NCBI GenBank assembly: GCA_003164415.1
Contig: PLTK01000083.1
Location: 1-41,458 of the forward strand
Direction: 5' to 3'
DNA from: Methanobacterium sp.
Lineage (GTDB): Archaea > Methanobacteriota > Methanobacteria > Methanobacteriales > Methanobacteriaceae
DNA length: 41,458 nucleotides
Shown: one piece after another, positions 11,353 to 21,871 of the stretch
How positions within the stretch are numbered: position 1 is the first letter of the stretch
How the letters are laid out: each line of letters opens with the position of its first letter
Program-made: the position numbers and the translations under genes
The notes under the pieces: model-generated
What the model was told of the DNA's origin: nothing
Seen by the model: the letters and a program-made list of their open reading frames with translations, nothing else
Databases searched by the model: none

Positions 11353-11581
11353 TAAAAATATTCCCCCGTATTCAGATGAAATCTTTTAATTTACAGTTTT
11401 TATAAAGAATCCATATATGAACTCAGAAACGTGAATGATATGTTACTTATCAATTCTAAGTGTATAAATTTTTTATGGTAAAGTATAAATTAATTAATGC
11501 CTATTAAACACAAGTTAAAAATATTATGTCTAATAAAATTTATAATTCCTAAAACAATAGAATAATAAGTGGTACAAAATT

Positions 11582-12715
11582 ATGGGACTCATAAAAAAAT
11601 TAATAATTACAATTATATTCCTGGTGGTTGCAATTTTATTTTTAATTGCTGCCCAAAGTACGATTGAAAATTATAACTATTCCCAATCATCCAATTTAAC
11701 ATCACAAACAGCAAATTCCACAGTTTATATTCAAAATGGAGTAACAGGCATAGTCACAATTAATGATCCTTTCCTCCACAGAACAACTAGAATAGATGTT
11801 ATATACGATCCACTAGACACGGGTTCAGGATTTATTATTAACAAGAATGGTTACATCATAACAGCTTTACATGTTATTGGTGATCTGGATTCCCTCAATA
11901 AACAGACGCTTAAAACAATGGATAGTAATGATGTGAACCGTTATGTTGAAAGAGCAGCTGTTAAAGGTTATATCTCAGAATATAATCCAGAATTAAATTC
12001 TGAAATTGCTGCTAATACATCAACAAATCCTGATAAAATTAATTCAAATATAACCGCGGACTTTCTGATCCAAAGAAATCTTATTGTTGTACAATCATCA
12101 AAACAGCTTATTAAAGTAAACCTACCCGGAACTCAAAGCACTCCGCTCAATGCTACTTTGATTGATACTGGAAATCCAAGTGCAGATGAAGATGTTGCGC
12201 TACTCAAGATCAATACACCAGTTGCAAACCTGCATCCACTAGCAGTAAATTCAAAAATACCAGTTATTTTCCAAGGTCTACACATTTATGGATATCCCGG
12301 TTTAGATAATGCTGAAAACTCCTTTACTAATCCCTCCAACATAAAACCAGAATCTTCTTCGGGATTATTAACTTCTGAAGTATTTAAAAATGGCACAAAT
12401 TCCGATACATTCGATATTAATTCGATATATGAAAACATTGCAAATTGGTTTATGTTGATTGCATTCCCTGGAACAACAACCAACAGTAATAACACATTAT
12501 ATTATGGTACCACAGCTGCTACAACACAGGGTTACAGTGGAGGACCTGTAGTTGATTCACATAATAATGTCTTAGGGATCATAATTTTTAGTATTGAATC
12601 AGATAGTGCATTTAAACAACAGTTTAGATTCACATCAAGTTTGTTCCTATCATCACAGTACATTATTCAGTTATGTAAAAAGAACCATATACCAATAAAA
12701 GTAGTGAATTCCTAA
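11582..12715 (+). CDS. Membrane-anchored or secreted trypsin-like (S1) serine protease without PDZ domain
   Basis: N-terminal hydrophobic anchor; GSGFII..GYIITALHV (His), DVALLKI (Asp), GYSGGP (Ser). Confidence 0.85.
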   Translation: MGLIKKLIITIIFLVVAILFLIAAQSTIENYNYSQSSNLTSQTANSTVYIQNGVTGIVTINDPFLHRTTRIDVIYDPLDTGSGFIINKNGYIITALHVIGDLDSLNKQTLKTMDSNDVNRYVERAAVKGYISEYNPELNSEIAANTSTNPDKINSNITADFLIQRNLIVVQSSKQLIKVNLPGTQSTPLNATLIDTGNPSADEDVALLKINTPVANLHPLAVNSKIPVIFQGLHIYGYPGLDNAENSFTNPSNIKPESSSGLLTSEVFKNGTNSDTFDINSIYENIANWFMLIAFPGTTTNSNNTLYYGTTAATTQGYSGGPVVDSHNNVLGIIIFSIESDSAFKQQFRFTSSLFLSSQYIIQLCKKNHIPIKVVNS

Positions 12716-12802
12716 AAATTCAGTTCCAACGCCATAAAAACAGATATAAGGACTGAATTATGTGCTGAAAGTAGAAAAAAATTTATAATGGAGGATCAAT
12801 TT

Positions 12803-13183
12803 ATGATGATAATTAAATCACCGCACCAAATAAATGAGACTCTTGGTCGTTTGTTAAAATTACTGGCAGAGCATGATATGACAATTTTTTCCATAATCGA
12901 TCATTCTGGTGGAGCTGCACAAGTGGGTCTTAAAATGCCCGAAACTAAACTGGTTATTTTCGGTAATCCTAAATCTGGCACCGATTTAATGCTTGCTGAT
13001 CATGACTTTTCAATAGATCTACCTCTTAAGATAGTATTAAGAAAAAATAAAGATGATACAGAAATATTATATCAAACTGTAACTGAATTAGCAATGCATT
13101 ATAATGTAAGTAGACTAAATGACTCCATTAGGAATATAGATAAAACCGTTGAAAATATGTTAGAACAGATAATTTTAAAATAA
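12803..13183 (+). CDS. DUF302 family protein
   Basis: IDHSGGAAQVGL, FGNPKSGT.LM and DLPLKI motifs; GGAGG RBS favours a start at 12803 over 12788. Confidence 0.85.
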   Translation: MMIIKSPHQINETLGRLLKLLAEHDMTIFSIIDHSGGAAQVGLKMPETKLVIFGNPKSGTDLMLADHDFSIDLPLKIVLRKNKDDTEILYQTVTELAMHYNVSRLNDSIRNIDKTVENMLEQIILK

Positions 13184-13299
13184 TTTAATTTTTATCCACA
13201 TTCATCTTTAATTTACATTTAATCTAATGTATTAAATTTATAGGAACAGCGAACTTTAGAGGTTAGTTTATCAAACTTAAGATAGGAGGATTAATTTTT

Positions 13300-14454
13300 T
13301 TGTTATACAGAAAATTTGGGAATACTGGTAAAAAAGTTTCAATACTTGGCTTTGGATGTATGAGACTTCCAATAATAAATGGAAAACCAGATAATATTAA
13401 TGAACCAGCTGCAACTGATATGATTCGTTATGCTATAGATAATGGAGTAAACTATGTTGACACGGCTTATCCGTATCATGGTTCATCTGCCCATGAAGGT
13501 GGTATGAGCGAAATTTTAGTTGGAAAAGCGTTAAAAGAAGGATACAGAGATCAAATATATCTATCCACTAAACTTCCAAGCTGGCTTGTACAAAAAAGGG
13601 AAGATTTGGAGAATTATCTTAATAAACAGCTTAAAATACTTCAAACTGATAGGATAGACTTCTATCTACTTCACGGCCTTAACAGACTTTTTTGGGATAA
13701 TTTGATAGAGTGTGATGTTTTTGAGTTTCTTGATTCTGCAATTGATGAGGGGAAAATAGGATATGCTGGTTTTTCGTTCCATGATGAGTATGAAGTTTTT
13801 AAAGATGTTGTTGATTCATATAACTGGAGTTTTTCGCAAATACAGTATAACTACATGGATCAAAATTTTCAGGCAGGGAGAGCTGGTCTTGAATATTCTG
13901 CATCAAAAAATATGGGTACAGTAATAATGGAACCACTTAGAGGTGGCTGTTTAACAAAAAACATTCCGGATGATATTAAATCCATATGGGATAATGCTCA
14001 TATCCATAGAAGTCCTGCTGAATGGGCTTTAAGATATGTTTGGGACCAGCCCCAAGTCAACGTTGTTTTAAGTGGGATGAGTACATTGGAACAAGTTGTT
14101 GAAAATATTGAAATTGCGGAACATGGGAAAGTTCACAGCCTCACAGATGGTGAGCTTGACCTTTATATAAGAGTTAAGGACGCTTACAATAGTAAAATCC
14201 ATGTAGCTTGCACCGGATGCAATTACTGTATGCCCTGTAAAATGGGGGTTGATATTCCTCTAAATCTTAACCTATTGAATGATACGTATATATACAAGAA
14301 TTTGGATAAACCAACTGGAAACTATACATTCCTAACAGCCAAAAAGATGAGTGCATCTTCATGTACAGATTGTGGTGATTGTTTAGATAAATGCACCCAA
14401 AACATTCCCATAAATAAATATCTTAAAGAAACCCGTGAAACCTTCGAGAAATGA
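13300..14454 (+). CDS. Aldo/keto reductase with C-terminal 4Fe-4S ferredoxin-like domain
   Basis: LGFGCMRLP, GVNYVDTAYPYH, TKLP, MEPLRGG; CTGCNYCMPC and CTDCGDCLDKC; TTG start with GGAGG RBS. Confidence 0.92.
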   Translation: MLYRKFGNTGKKVSILGFGCMRLPIINGKPDNINEPAATDMIRYAIDNGVNYVDTAYPYHGSSAHEGGMSEILVGKALKEGYRDQIYLSTKLPSWLVQKREDLENYLNKQLKILQTDRIDFYLLHGLNRLFWDNLIECDVFEFLDSAIDEGKIGYAGFSFHDEYEVFKDVVDSYNWSFSQIQYNYMDQNFQAGRAGLEYSASKNMGTVIMEPLRGGCLTKNIPDDIKSIWDNAHIHRSPAEWALRYVWDQPQVNVVLSGMSTLEQVVENIEIAEHGKVHSLTDGELDLYIRVKDAYNSKIHVACTGCNYCMPCKMGVDIPLNLNLLNDTYIYKNLDKPTGNYTFLTAKKMSASSCTDCGDCLDKCTQNIPINKYLKETRETFEK

Positions 14455-14777
14455 CCATAAATCTATTGTAGATCCCTTAATAATTTTTTATATTTTCATA
14501 ATGCGTTGTATTCGAATTTTATACATGAATTTATCTTGTCTATTTTTTTTAAAATTGAGATTATGGAATACATCTTATTTTACCATAAATTTTATTATTT
14601 ACGAATTTCAATGCTCTGTTTGTAATATCATACCATTTTGATACTTCTATCCAGAGTATACATAAAATTAAATATTTTTTTTTATTAAATTAAAGTTTAC
14701 TTTTAAAGCTAAAAGTTTTAATATATAAACTTATAAATTATTACTTTGTTATTAATTGAACTATCCAGAGGGATGCT

Positions 14778-15074
14778 ATGAATGATTTATTTTACTGGTT
14801 ATTTATTGGAACTAAAGGCGGTATAAATCGTATTAAAATTGTAAAATTACTCTATGAAAATCCCTACAATGCAAAAAATATTTCAGATAAACTAGAATTA
14901 AATTATAAAACTGTTAGACACCATTTAAGACTATTAGAAGAACATGATATCGTTACAACTCCTCCGGGTATCCGATATGGGGCAGTATATTTTCTAACTG
15001 AAGAGATGAAGGAAAATTATGATTTGTTAGAAAAAATTCAGGAAAAAAATAGATCTAAAGGTGAGATAGAATGA
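14778..15074 (+). CDS. Small ArsR-like winged-helix transcription regulator (copy 1)
   Basis: WLFIGTKGGINRIKI...PYNA...LNYKTVRHHL..L...YGAVYFL; clear paralog of 38943..39233. Confidence 0.9.
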   Translation: MNDLFYWLFIGTKGGINRIKIVKLLYENPYNAKNISDKLELNYKTVRHHLRLLEEHDIVTTPPGIRYGAVYFLTEEMKENYDLLEKIQEKNRSKGEIE

Positions 15075-15375
15075 AGCTAATCGTATTAAATTATACAATA
15101 GACCATCCAGTGGATATAGTATTGGGGATAGCAAATATTTGTCTAATAATTGGATTAATGAGTATTTACTGGAAAAGCTATAAGCATTATAGAACAAGAT
15201 TCTCACTAGGCTTGGTCTTATTTGCTGCATTTTACTTATCCACAATTTACTCTATGTAATAACCTTTATGGCATATCAAAATTTTTGGGGAGGGTTAGAG
15301 CATAATATTATGTTTTTGGTAAATTTAAGTGAGTTTATTGGTCTAGTAATACTTTTGAAAGTTACTCTGAGTTAG
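15071..15375 (+). pseudogene. Small 3-TM membrane partner of the wHTH regulator, split by a single-base frameshift at about 15230-15233
   Basis: Adding one T in the TTTT run gives ...FAAFLLIHNLLYVITFMAYQNFWGGLEHNIMFLVNLSEFIGLVILLKVTLS*, which aligns with the C-terminal half of the intact paralog 38576..38905. Confidence 0.8.
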
Positions 15376-15560
15376 TAATAGGATAAATTTTCTGTTTTTA
15401 TTCTTTTTATCTTGTATTCTATTTAGATTTTGTTCATTTGATTGTTTTTCTATGAAAAATTATTGTCAAATTATTGTATGATTCTTGTAAAATATTCATA
15501 TACAATAATTGCAATAATAATATATAATGAAATTGTATTACATTATGGAAGTGATAAAAA

Positions 15561-15908
15561 ATGTTGAAAAAAATTGTGAGTGTATTTGTGATGTTTTTGA
15601 TCCTAATGTCATTTGCAGGATTTGCAACAGCAAGTACAACAAAAAAAATCAGTTCAGTCTACTGGGATAACAACGATAATCCTGCAGTTGATAATGTTGT
15701 AATCACAATCGACACCAACATCACATACAATACTGGCAGCTACTATTCAACAACTAAAATTAACACTGTTGGTAAAGTTGAAAGCTTCAACGATACAGAA
15801 ATCAATGTTAAATGCTTTGAAACAACCAATTTCACCTATCATACACAAAAATCAGGCACTATAACTAGAATAAGCAATAGAACCTATTATCAAACACTAT
15901 ACAGATAA
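15561..15908 (+). CDS. Small secreted Thr-rich hypothetical protein
   Basis: Sec-type signal peptide MLKKIVSVFVMFLILMSFAGFATA; mature part looks beta-rich. Confidence 0.75.
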   Translation: MLKKIVSVFVMFLILMSFAGFATASTTKKISSVYWDNNDNPAVDNVVITIDTNITYNTGSYYSTTKINTVGKVESFNDTEINVKCFETTNFTYHTQKSGTITRISNRTYYQTLYR

Positions 15909-15930
15909 AAAAAGAAAAATATGTTAAATC

Positions 15931-16794
15931 TCATTTAAGAGATTTATAGACAGCTTCAAGTAAGTTAGTTGAGTTTTGATAAACATTTGAATCCGGAAGC
16001 CATTCTGGAATCTCGTAGACAAATACCGGAGTTCCAGTCGCAACTATTGGATCATCAACCTGTTGTATAGATGTGCCTTCAGGTTGTTGATCCGTATTCC
16101 TAGTGTAGTAATTGAAGCTTGGAAGAAGATTATGGACTGATTCACCTAAAGAAACAGATTTAGAATCCATACTAGGAGTTGCAATATAATATCCATCACT
16201 ACCATATCCCTTTTCATGGTCATGGACTATTATAACCAAGCTATAATGTGATTTTTTAATATCGGGTATAACATACTGTGCAACAAGATCCTGACCGTTA
16301 GCACGTCCCACAGAGAAGTCTGTAGGATCCTTTGTGACATTAACTTGATAATTTACAATCTCAATGTTATGGGATTGTGAATATGCTTTTACAACACCCG
16401 GTAAAACTTCTTTTGCAGAAATTTCCCTAGGGTGCATACCAGTTACAACTGCAATTACAGGACCCGTATCACCGGGCTGTGAATAAACCACCTTAGTAAC
16501 AGAACCTAAACTATTAGAGCCCAATAATGTTGTGGATTCTCCAGCATGTCCCAAATTTAATGTTAATGCAAATGCCATTAGAATAACAGGGATTATTATC
16601 AATACTGAATAAAATTTAACTCCCCTTTTTCTCTTCTTTGGCTTACCCGGGGGATTCTTTTTATAAAAATCCTTAAGGTTTTTATAAACAGTTAACTTTT
16701 CACCACAGTCACATGTGTTATCATAGTCTTCAGGTGATTCGCCTTTCTGAAGCTCATAACATTTACCACATTTATCACAGCACAAATAGGTCAC
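15931..16794 (-). CDS. Membrane protein: N-terminal CxxC...CxC module, one TM, extracellular Zn-hydrolase (M14-like) domain
   Basis: YLCCDKCGKCYELQKGESPEDYDNTCDCG; TM helix; VVTGMHPRE and IIVHDH motifs; GGAGG RBS supports GTG at 16794. Confidence 0.75.
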   Translation of the reverse strand: MTYLCCDKCGKCYELQKGESPEDYDNTCDCGEKLTVYKNLKDFYKKNPPGKPKKRKRGVKFYSVLIIIPVILMAFALTLNLGHAGESTTLLGSNSLGSVTKVVYSQPGDTGPVIAVVTGMHPREISAKEVLPGVVKAYSQSHNIEIVNYQVNVTKDPTDFSVGRANGQDLVAQYVIPDIKKSHYSLVIIVHDHEKGYGSDGYYIATPSMDSKSVSLGESVHNLLPSFNYYTRNTDQQPEGTSIQQVDDPIVATGTPVFVYEIPEWLPDSNVYQNSTNLLEAVYKSLK

Positions 16795-17177
16795 AAAAAA
16801 TTCCTCCAATAAAAAAACAAAATTATAATAGGTTATTTTTCTCTTTCTAATCTTGTAAATATAATATTTGATATTATTTAATTTTCAGTTTCCAATTAAC
16901 ATGGTTAAAATAAGTATACATTCCAAATTATTATGATATATTGAGAAATGTTATAATACCAAAACCTTTGATAATCATATAAATTAAAATATAATCAATT
17001 TATTATACATATACTTTTGGTTAAAATAATTATAGGAATATCAAGTAATATTAACCTAATTCCTATGATAATTGGATTAAAGGAACACCAGAACATTATA
17101 TAAAATGTTATAATAATTTGTTAAAATTTTAATATTAGTAACGATTAAGAAAATTTATTATTTATTTTTTATTAAAT

Positions 17178-17918
17178 TCATTTCCAGTTGGTTAATATCT
17201 CTTCTCTTTTAAAAGTGAGTGTGCTTATGTAGAATAATATTAGATCAACTGTTAATAGGATGGCCGATATGATCAGAAGATTATTCACGTGCAATGTGAT
17301 AAATCCAATCTCACTTAGTATGTAAATACCAAAGAATGGAATTATAATTAATTGTCCTAGTTGCTGGGCTGTTCGTACATCATTTACCCTTGCAGACAAA
17401 ATTACACCTAACTCAACAGATAATAAACAAGCAAGTGGAGTAACCGCAAACATCATTACAGCCATGTCCCAATTAGGAAAAAAGAAATAGCCCAATGTGT
17501 TGTAGGTCATTTGATCAATTAAAGTCATGAATATAATAAAACCGATATATATTGCTATGATAGATGGTAAAAATGAAGCAAAACATTTACCTAACAATAT
17601 TTCACTGTCTGTTGTGGGTGTTGCAAGGAGAGGTTCTATACTCTTTTGAACCTTCTCACCGATTAAACTGTAAGACGCGATCACAGTTGTAATGGATGCA
17701 GCTAATATTACAAAGAAGAATAGAAAAGAATTTAAAATAGGAGGAAGTGCAGATGCAGGGATACTTCCATTATCTGAACCAGATACACCAATTGTTAAAG
17801 GAAGACCAATAGAGAATAATAATGGTAAAAGAACTACAGAATAGATAACACTCTTTTTGTTTCGGAATATACTAAAGTCTTTGGTTGCAATAACCCATGA
17901 TTTCCAAAGTTTCATCAA
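17178..17918 (-). CDS. ABC-2 type transporter permease
   Basis: GEKVQKSIEPLLATP..EILLGK motif, 6 TM; overlaps the ATPase stop. Confidence 0.9.
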   Translation of the reverse strand: MMKLWKSWVIATKDFSIFRNKKSVIYSVVLLPLLFSIGLPLTIGVSGSDNGSIPASALPPILNSFLFFFVILAASITTVIASYSLIGEKVQKSIEPLLATPTTDSEILLGKCFASFLPSIIAIYIGFIIFMTLIDQMTYNTLGYFFFPNWDMAVMMFAVTPLACLLSVELGVILSARVNDVRTAQQLGQLIIIPFFGIYILSEIGFITLHVNNLLIISAILLTVDLILFYISTLTFKREEILTNWK

Positions 17919-18832
17919 TTTTTCCCCACAAATTTCAGATAAGCATCTTCTAATGTAGGACTTAATTCAGTAACATATTGAATATGTCCACCTGCACCCA
18001 CAACAGCATTCACTATTTCAGGATTTTCTATTTCAGGATTTACAACATCAATAATTATCCTATTTTTGTCAAGAACTATTTTCCTAGATATTAAACTGTC
18101 CAATGTTTTTAAGATAGAATCAGTGACCTGCTCTAATTGTATTACTGTCTTCTTTCCCCATAAAGATTCTTCAAGTTCTTTTGGAGTTCCTATTACCTTC
18201 AATTTGGTGTTTAATATTCCAATTTTATCACATATACGCTGAGCTTCATCAAGATTATGTGTGTTTAAAAAAATAGTTTTATTATCTTTTTTTAACTCTA
18301 AAATAAAATCTCTTACAATTTTGGAGGATTCAGGATCTAGGTTTACCGTTGGTTCATCCAGAAACAATATCTCAGGGTCATGAATAAGTGCTCGTGCTAT
18401 TGCAATTTTTTGTTTCATTCCCTTAGAAAAAGTTCCAACGGGTACATCCCTTTTATCCCAAATACCCAACATCCCAAGCAAACGCTTAATATTTTCTTTT
18501 CTCTGTGATTCTGAACATTCATAAAGTTTTCCATAAAAATCAAGGTTTTTATATGCGCTTAATTCACCATATAAACCCACATTATCGGGTACTAATCCGA
18601 TAAGTTTCCTGATCTTTAAAGAATCCTTCTCATTACTAACATCATAACCATTTATATGGGCTTCGCCAGCTGTCTTAGATATCAAACAACATAACATTCT
18701 CACAGTAGTTGTCTTTCCAGCACCGTTAGGACCTAGAAAACCAAAAATTTCACCTTTATCAACATGAAAAGTTATATTATCCACAGCTTTAACATCCCCA
18801 AACATTCGGGTAAGATTTTCTGCATCAATCAC
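17915..18832 (-). CDS. ABC transporter ATP-binding protein (multidrug/ABC-2 type)
   Basis: Walker A GPNGAGKT, signature FSKGM, Walker B ILFLDEPT, H-loop NTHNL. Confidence 0.95.
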   Translation of the reverse strand: MIDAENLTRMFGDVKAVDNITFHVDKGEIFGFLGPNGAGKTTTVRMLCCLISKTAGEAHINGYDVSNEKDSLKIRKLIGLVPDNVGLYGELSAYKNLDFYGKLYECSESQRKENIKRLLGMLGIWDKRDVPVGTFSKGMKQKIAIARALIHDPEILFLDEPTVNLDPESSKIVRDFILELKKDNKTIFLNTHNLDEAQRICDKIGILNTKLKVIGTPKELEESLWGKKTVIQLEQVTDSILKTLDSLISRKIVLDKNRIIIDVVNPEIENPEIVNAVVGAGGHIQYVTELSPTLEDAYLKFVGKN

Positions 18833-19066
18833 AATGCATCAACCCTTAAAAATAGATATCCTAAACAATATAATTCCAAGCTTTCCATCGTATTATATTC
18901 GTGTCTCATGTGGTGAACCTTTTTTTAGATACTCATAATTATCTGCCTGGAAATAATTGTTTATAAAAAAAAGAATTTATGGAATTTAAATTATATTTAT
19001 CCTAATTTAAACTCCAAATTTATTCATCTAAAATCTACTTATAATCAAACAGAATTAGGTTTCTGT

Positions 19067-20002
19067 TTATTTTTCTTCAGGTTTTTTAGTTACCATATTT
19101 TCAGTTTTTGTTGGTTCTGAAGTTTGGCTTACTTCCTCTTTAGGGGCCTTTAGCAAGTCTAAAACTGCTTTAGATTGATTTTCTGTTACATCATCATTTT
19201 TTAAAGGATCTAAATTCTTTTTAGGAATAGTAGCTTCTGCATTTTCTGTTTTGAGGAAATTTGAAATGTCAGTTATACTGTTCATGAGTGGAGCAGGGAA
19301 TATTATAGTTGAGTTTTTCTCGACTGCTATCTGGTTTAGTACCTGCATGATCCTGAGCTGTAATGCAATTGGATGTTCGGATATAATATCTGCTGCTTCA
19401 CCTAATTTAGCTGCAGATAAATATTCACCGTCAGCAGCAATAATTTTAGCTCTTTTCTCCCTTTCAGCCTCAGCCTGTAACCCTATTACACGTTTCATGT
19501 TTTCTGGAAGTGTAATATCTTTAATTTCAACCGTTGTAACACTTATTCCCCATGGTTCACTGTGGTTGTCTATGAGTTCTTTTATTCTAAGGTTTATTTT
19601 AGGTGTTTCTGAGAGTATTTCATCCAGATTAAACTGACCAACAACACTTCTCACAGTTGTCTGCGATATCTGGTTCACAGCTCTTGTGTAATTTTCTACT
19701 TCTACAACTGCTTTGTAAGGGTCTACAATTTTAAAGTAAGCTACTGCAGCCACATCTATTGAAACGTTATCTTCTGTAATAATTTTCTGTGATTGAATTG
19801 GCATGGTTATTATCTGTAATGAAGGTTTTACCATACGATCCACAAGTGGTATTATTATTCGCAATCCCGGTTCCTTAATTCCAATGACCTTACCAAGACG
19901 GAAAACAACACCCCTTTCATATTGATTTACAATTCTTATTGAAAGTCCCAGTATTATTAAAATTATAATTACAACAATTACTGTTGTTATTGGATCTACC
20001 AT
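19067..20002 (-). CDS. SPFH/band 7 (stomatin-like, slipin) protein
   Basis: [53 protein letters not shown]. Confidence 0.95.
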   Translation of the reverse strand: MVDPITTVIVVIIILIILGLSIRIVNQYERGVVFRLGKVIGIKEPGLRIIIPLVDRMVKPSLQIITMPIQSQKIITEDNVSIDVAAVAYFKIVDPYKAVVEVENYTRAVNQISQTTVRSVVGQFNLDEILSETPKINLRIKELIDNHSEPWGISVTTVEIKDITLPENMKRVIGLQAEAEREKRAKIIAADGEYLSAAKLGEAADIISEHPIALQLRIMQVLNQIAVEKNSTIIFPAPLMNSITDISNFLKTENAEATIPKKNLDPLKNDDVTENQSKAVLDLLKAPKEEVSQTSEPTKTENMVTKKPEEK

Positions 20003-20104
20003 ATCTTTTAACCTCCATATTATTCAAATTTGTTTCATTTAATATTATGGTCTTTAATCCTTTTATAAATTATGATGATACTGTTCTAATGTTTATCTGT
20101 AGGC

Positions 20105-21733
20105 TTATATTTCTTTCATGGAAGAAAGAAACTTCCCAAATTTAAATACCTTTTCAGGACATGATAATTCACATTTCAAACATCCCATACCATTACAAAG
20201 GTCTGTTCTAACTGTTGCTTTCCCATTTTCCATTTTAAGAGCACATTCAGGACATGTTTTTGTGCATGTTTGGCAGTTGGTACAATCTTCAAAAATTGCT
20301 TCAAGCGTTGATTTAATTTTAACAAGTTTAAGACCTTCGTCTCCAAGTTCTTTAATGTCCCTCTCAAAGATTCTGTGGATCTGTGGATCTGTAACCCTTG
20401 GTGGACTTTTCTGGTAGCCATATTTATTTAACCAGTCATTATACATCCAAAATGGCATTCCCTGTTCAGACACGGCCAGCTCTAGAGAATATATCTTTTC
20501 AAATATTGGTGATGTTGCAAGCATTATATGTTTGCTACGCATACTTTTTGCTATATCCTGTAATTTTCCAAGTATATCCGGGTTCATAACAATATCACTT
20601 GCCATTGCAAGTGAAGTGTTTCCTAGTTGGTAGATATCTTTAGAGGAGGGAGGTATTTGTCCCACGTCGAGTGATTTGTGTGGATCAACATAGAAACCAG
20701 ATGCACCGGCCATATATGTTGAATCAATATCAGTTAAGAGAATATCAGCCTCTTCTGCAAGTGTCAAATAAGCAGCTCTAAATGCACCTAATGCCTTTCC
20801 GATCATTATTATATCCTTTTCTGATAGGTATATTCCATCTTGCATATTGATGCGGTGATCAGGACTTTTAATTTTGGGGGCAGAAATAATATCCATATCC
20901 ATCCCTAAACTGAAGGCTGCAATAACCCCTGTTCCGGTTATACCATTGGATTTTCCATCCATAACCCCCTTAGAAAGAACTTTTCCAGTAACAGGATCTA
21001 CGGTATTTCCATCCTTGACTATTAGTTCGTTGTCGAGTACCTGGCTTTTCCAACCTGAATCAATCTTTTTAAAATCACATATTGCACCTGGTGAAGCTAA
21101 TTTACCTTTCTCTATCATTTGCCCCTCTATTGCCGGTCCTGCAGCAGCTGAGCATGTGTAAACCTCACCATCCATGACCAATGCAATTTCAGCATTTGTT
21201 CCGAAATCAATCACCAGATAAACACCTTCCTTTTCTAAAATATCTGATTTAAAAAGCATAGCAAGTGCATCAGCACCAATTTCATGTTTAATAGCTGGTG
21301 GAATGTATACTTTAGCTTCTTTATTTATTATAAGTCCTATTTCACCCGCGGTGACTATTGTTGCATCTCTTGAAGGAGGTTTGATATCTAATCTTTTGAG
21401 GATGTTTTCTCCCCAGTAGGCAAGATCCCTGATCTCTATGTTTTGGAATATTGAGAGCTGGATGGGATTACCACAAACAGCAACTCTTACAACATTTTCA
21501 AGGTTAATACCTAAATTCATTATTACATTGTTTATTGTTTCAATAAGAAGATTGTGGGCTGTGTCCTTACCCACCTCTATTGCAAAATGAAGATGATCCA
21601 CCACATTAGCACCCGGAAGAGGATGTCTAAGTGTAATGGCTGTTGAAATTATCTTTGAAGTATCAAGATCAATTGCTTGTGCCCTAATACCGCTGGTTCC
21701 TATGTCCAAAGCTATTCCATATTCATTTTTCAT
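20105..21733 (-). CDS. ramA: ATP-dependent corrinoid reductive activase (RamA/MapA family)
   Basis: ASKHA motifs IALDIGTSG, HPLPGANVVDHLHFA, DFGTNAEIAL, SAAAGPAIEGQ; C-terminal CxxCxxCxxxC and CxxxxCxxCxxxC ferredoxin. Confidence 0.93.
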   Translation of the reverse strand: MKNEYGIALDIGTSGIRAQAIDLDTSKIISTAITLRHPLPGANVVDHLHFAIEVGKDTAHNLLIETINNVIMNLGINLENVVRVAVCGNPIQLSIFQNIEIRDLAYWGENILKRLDIKPPSRDATIVTAGEIGLIINKEAKVYIPPAIKHEIGADALAMLFKSDILEKEGVYLVIDFGTNAEIALVMDGEVYTCSAAAGPAIEGQMIEKGKLASPGAICDFKKIDSGWKSQVLDNELIVKDGNTVDPVTGKVLSKGVMDGKSNGITGTGVIAAFSLGMDMDIISAPKIKSPDHRINMQDGIYLSEKDIIMIGKALGAFRAAYLTLAEEADILLTDIDSTYMAGASGFYVDPHKSLDVGQIPPSSKDIYQLGNTSLAMASDIVMNPDILGKLQDIAKSMRSKHIMLATSPIFEKIYSLELAVSEQGMPFWMYNDWLNKYGYQKSPPRVTDPQIHRIFERDIKELGDEGLKLVKIKSTLEAIFEDCTNCQTCTKTCPECALKMENGKATVRTDLCNGMGCLKCELSCPEKVFKFGKFLSSMKEI

Positions 21734-21871
21734 GGATTTGGCTCCTTATACTGATTAAAGCAATTATTTGAACATGTTTAGATTATAAAAATGTATTATC
21801 CGAACTTTTAAAAAATATATTTTTAGATATTTTTTCAAAAAAATTAAAAAAATGGGAGAATTTTATTTTAT

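Noticed and set aside
14435-14641. 68-aa ORF after the aldo/keto reductase
   Set aside because: Composition typical of AT-rich intergenic DNA; no RBS
14647-14770. CTATCCAGAG direct repeat at 14647 and 14761 upstream of wHTH copy 1
   Set aside because: Only 10 bp, two copies, one overlapping the RBS; not seen at copy 2
14778-15074. wHTH regulators as Msr-type methanol regulators
   Set aside because: Much shorter than the Methanosarcina Msr proteins as I recall them, not adjacent to mta genes, and tied instead to membrane partners
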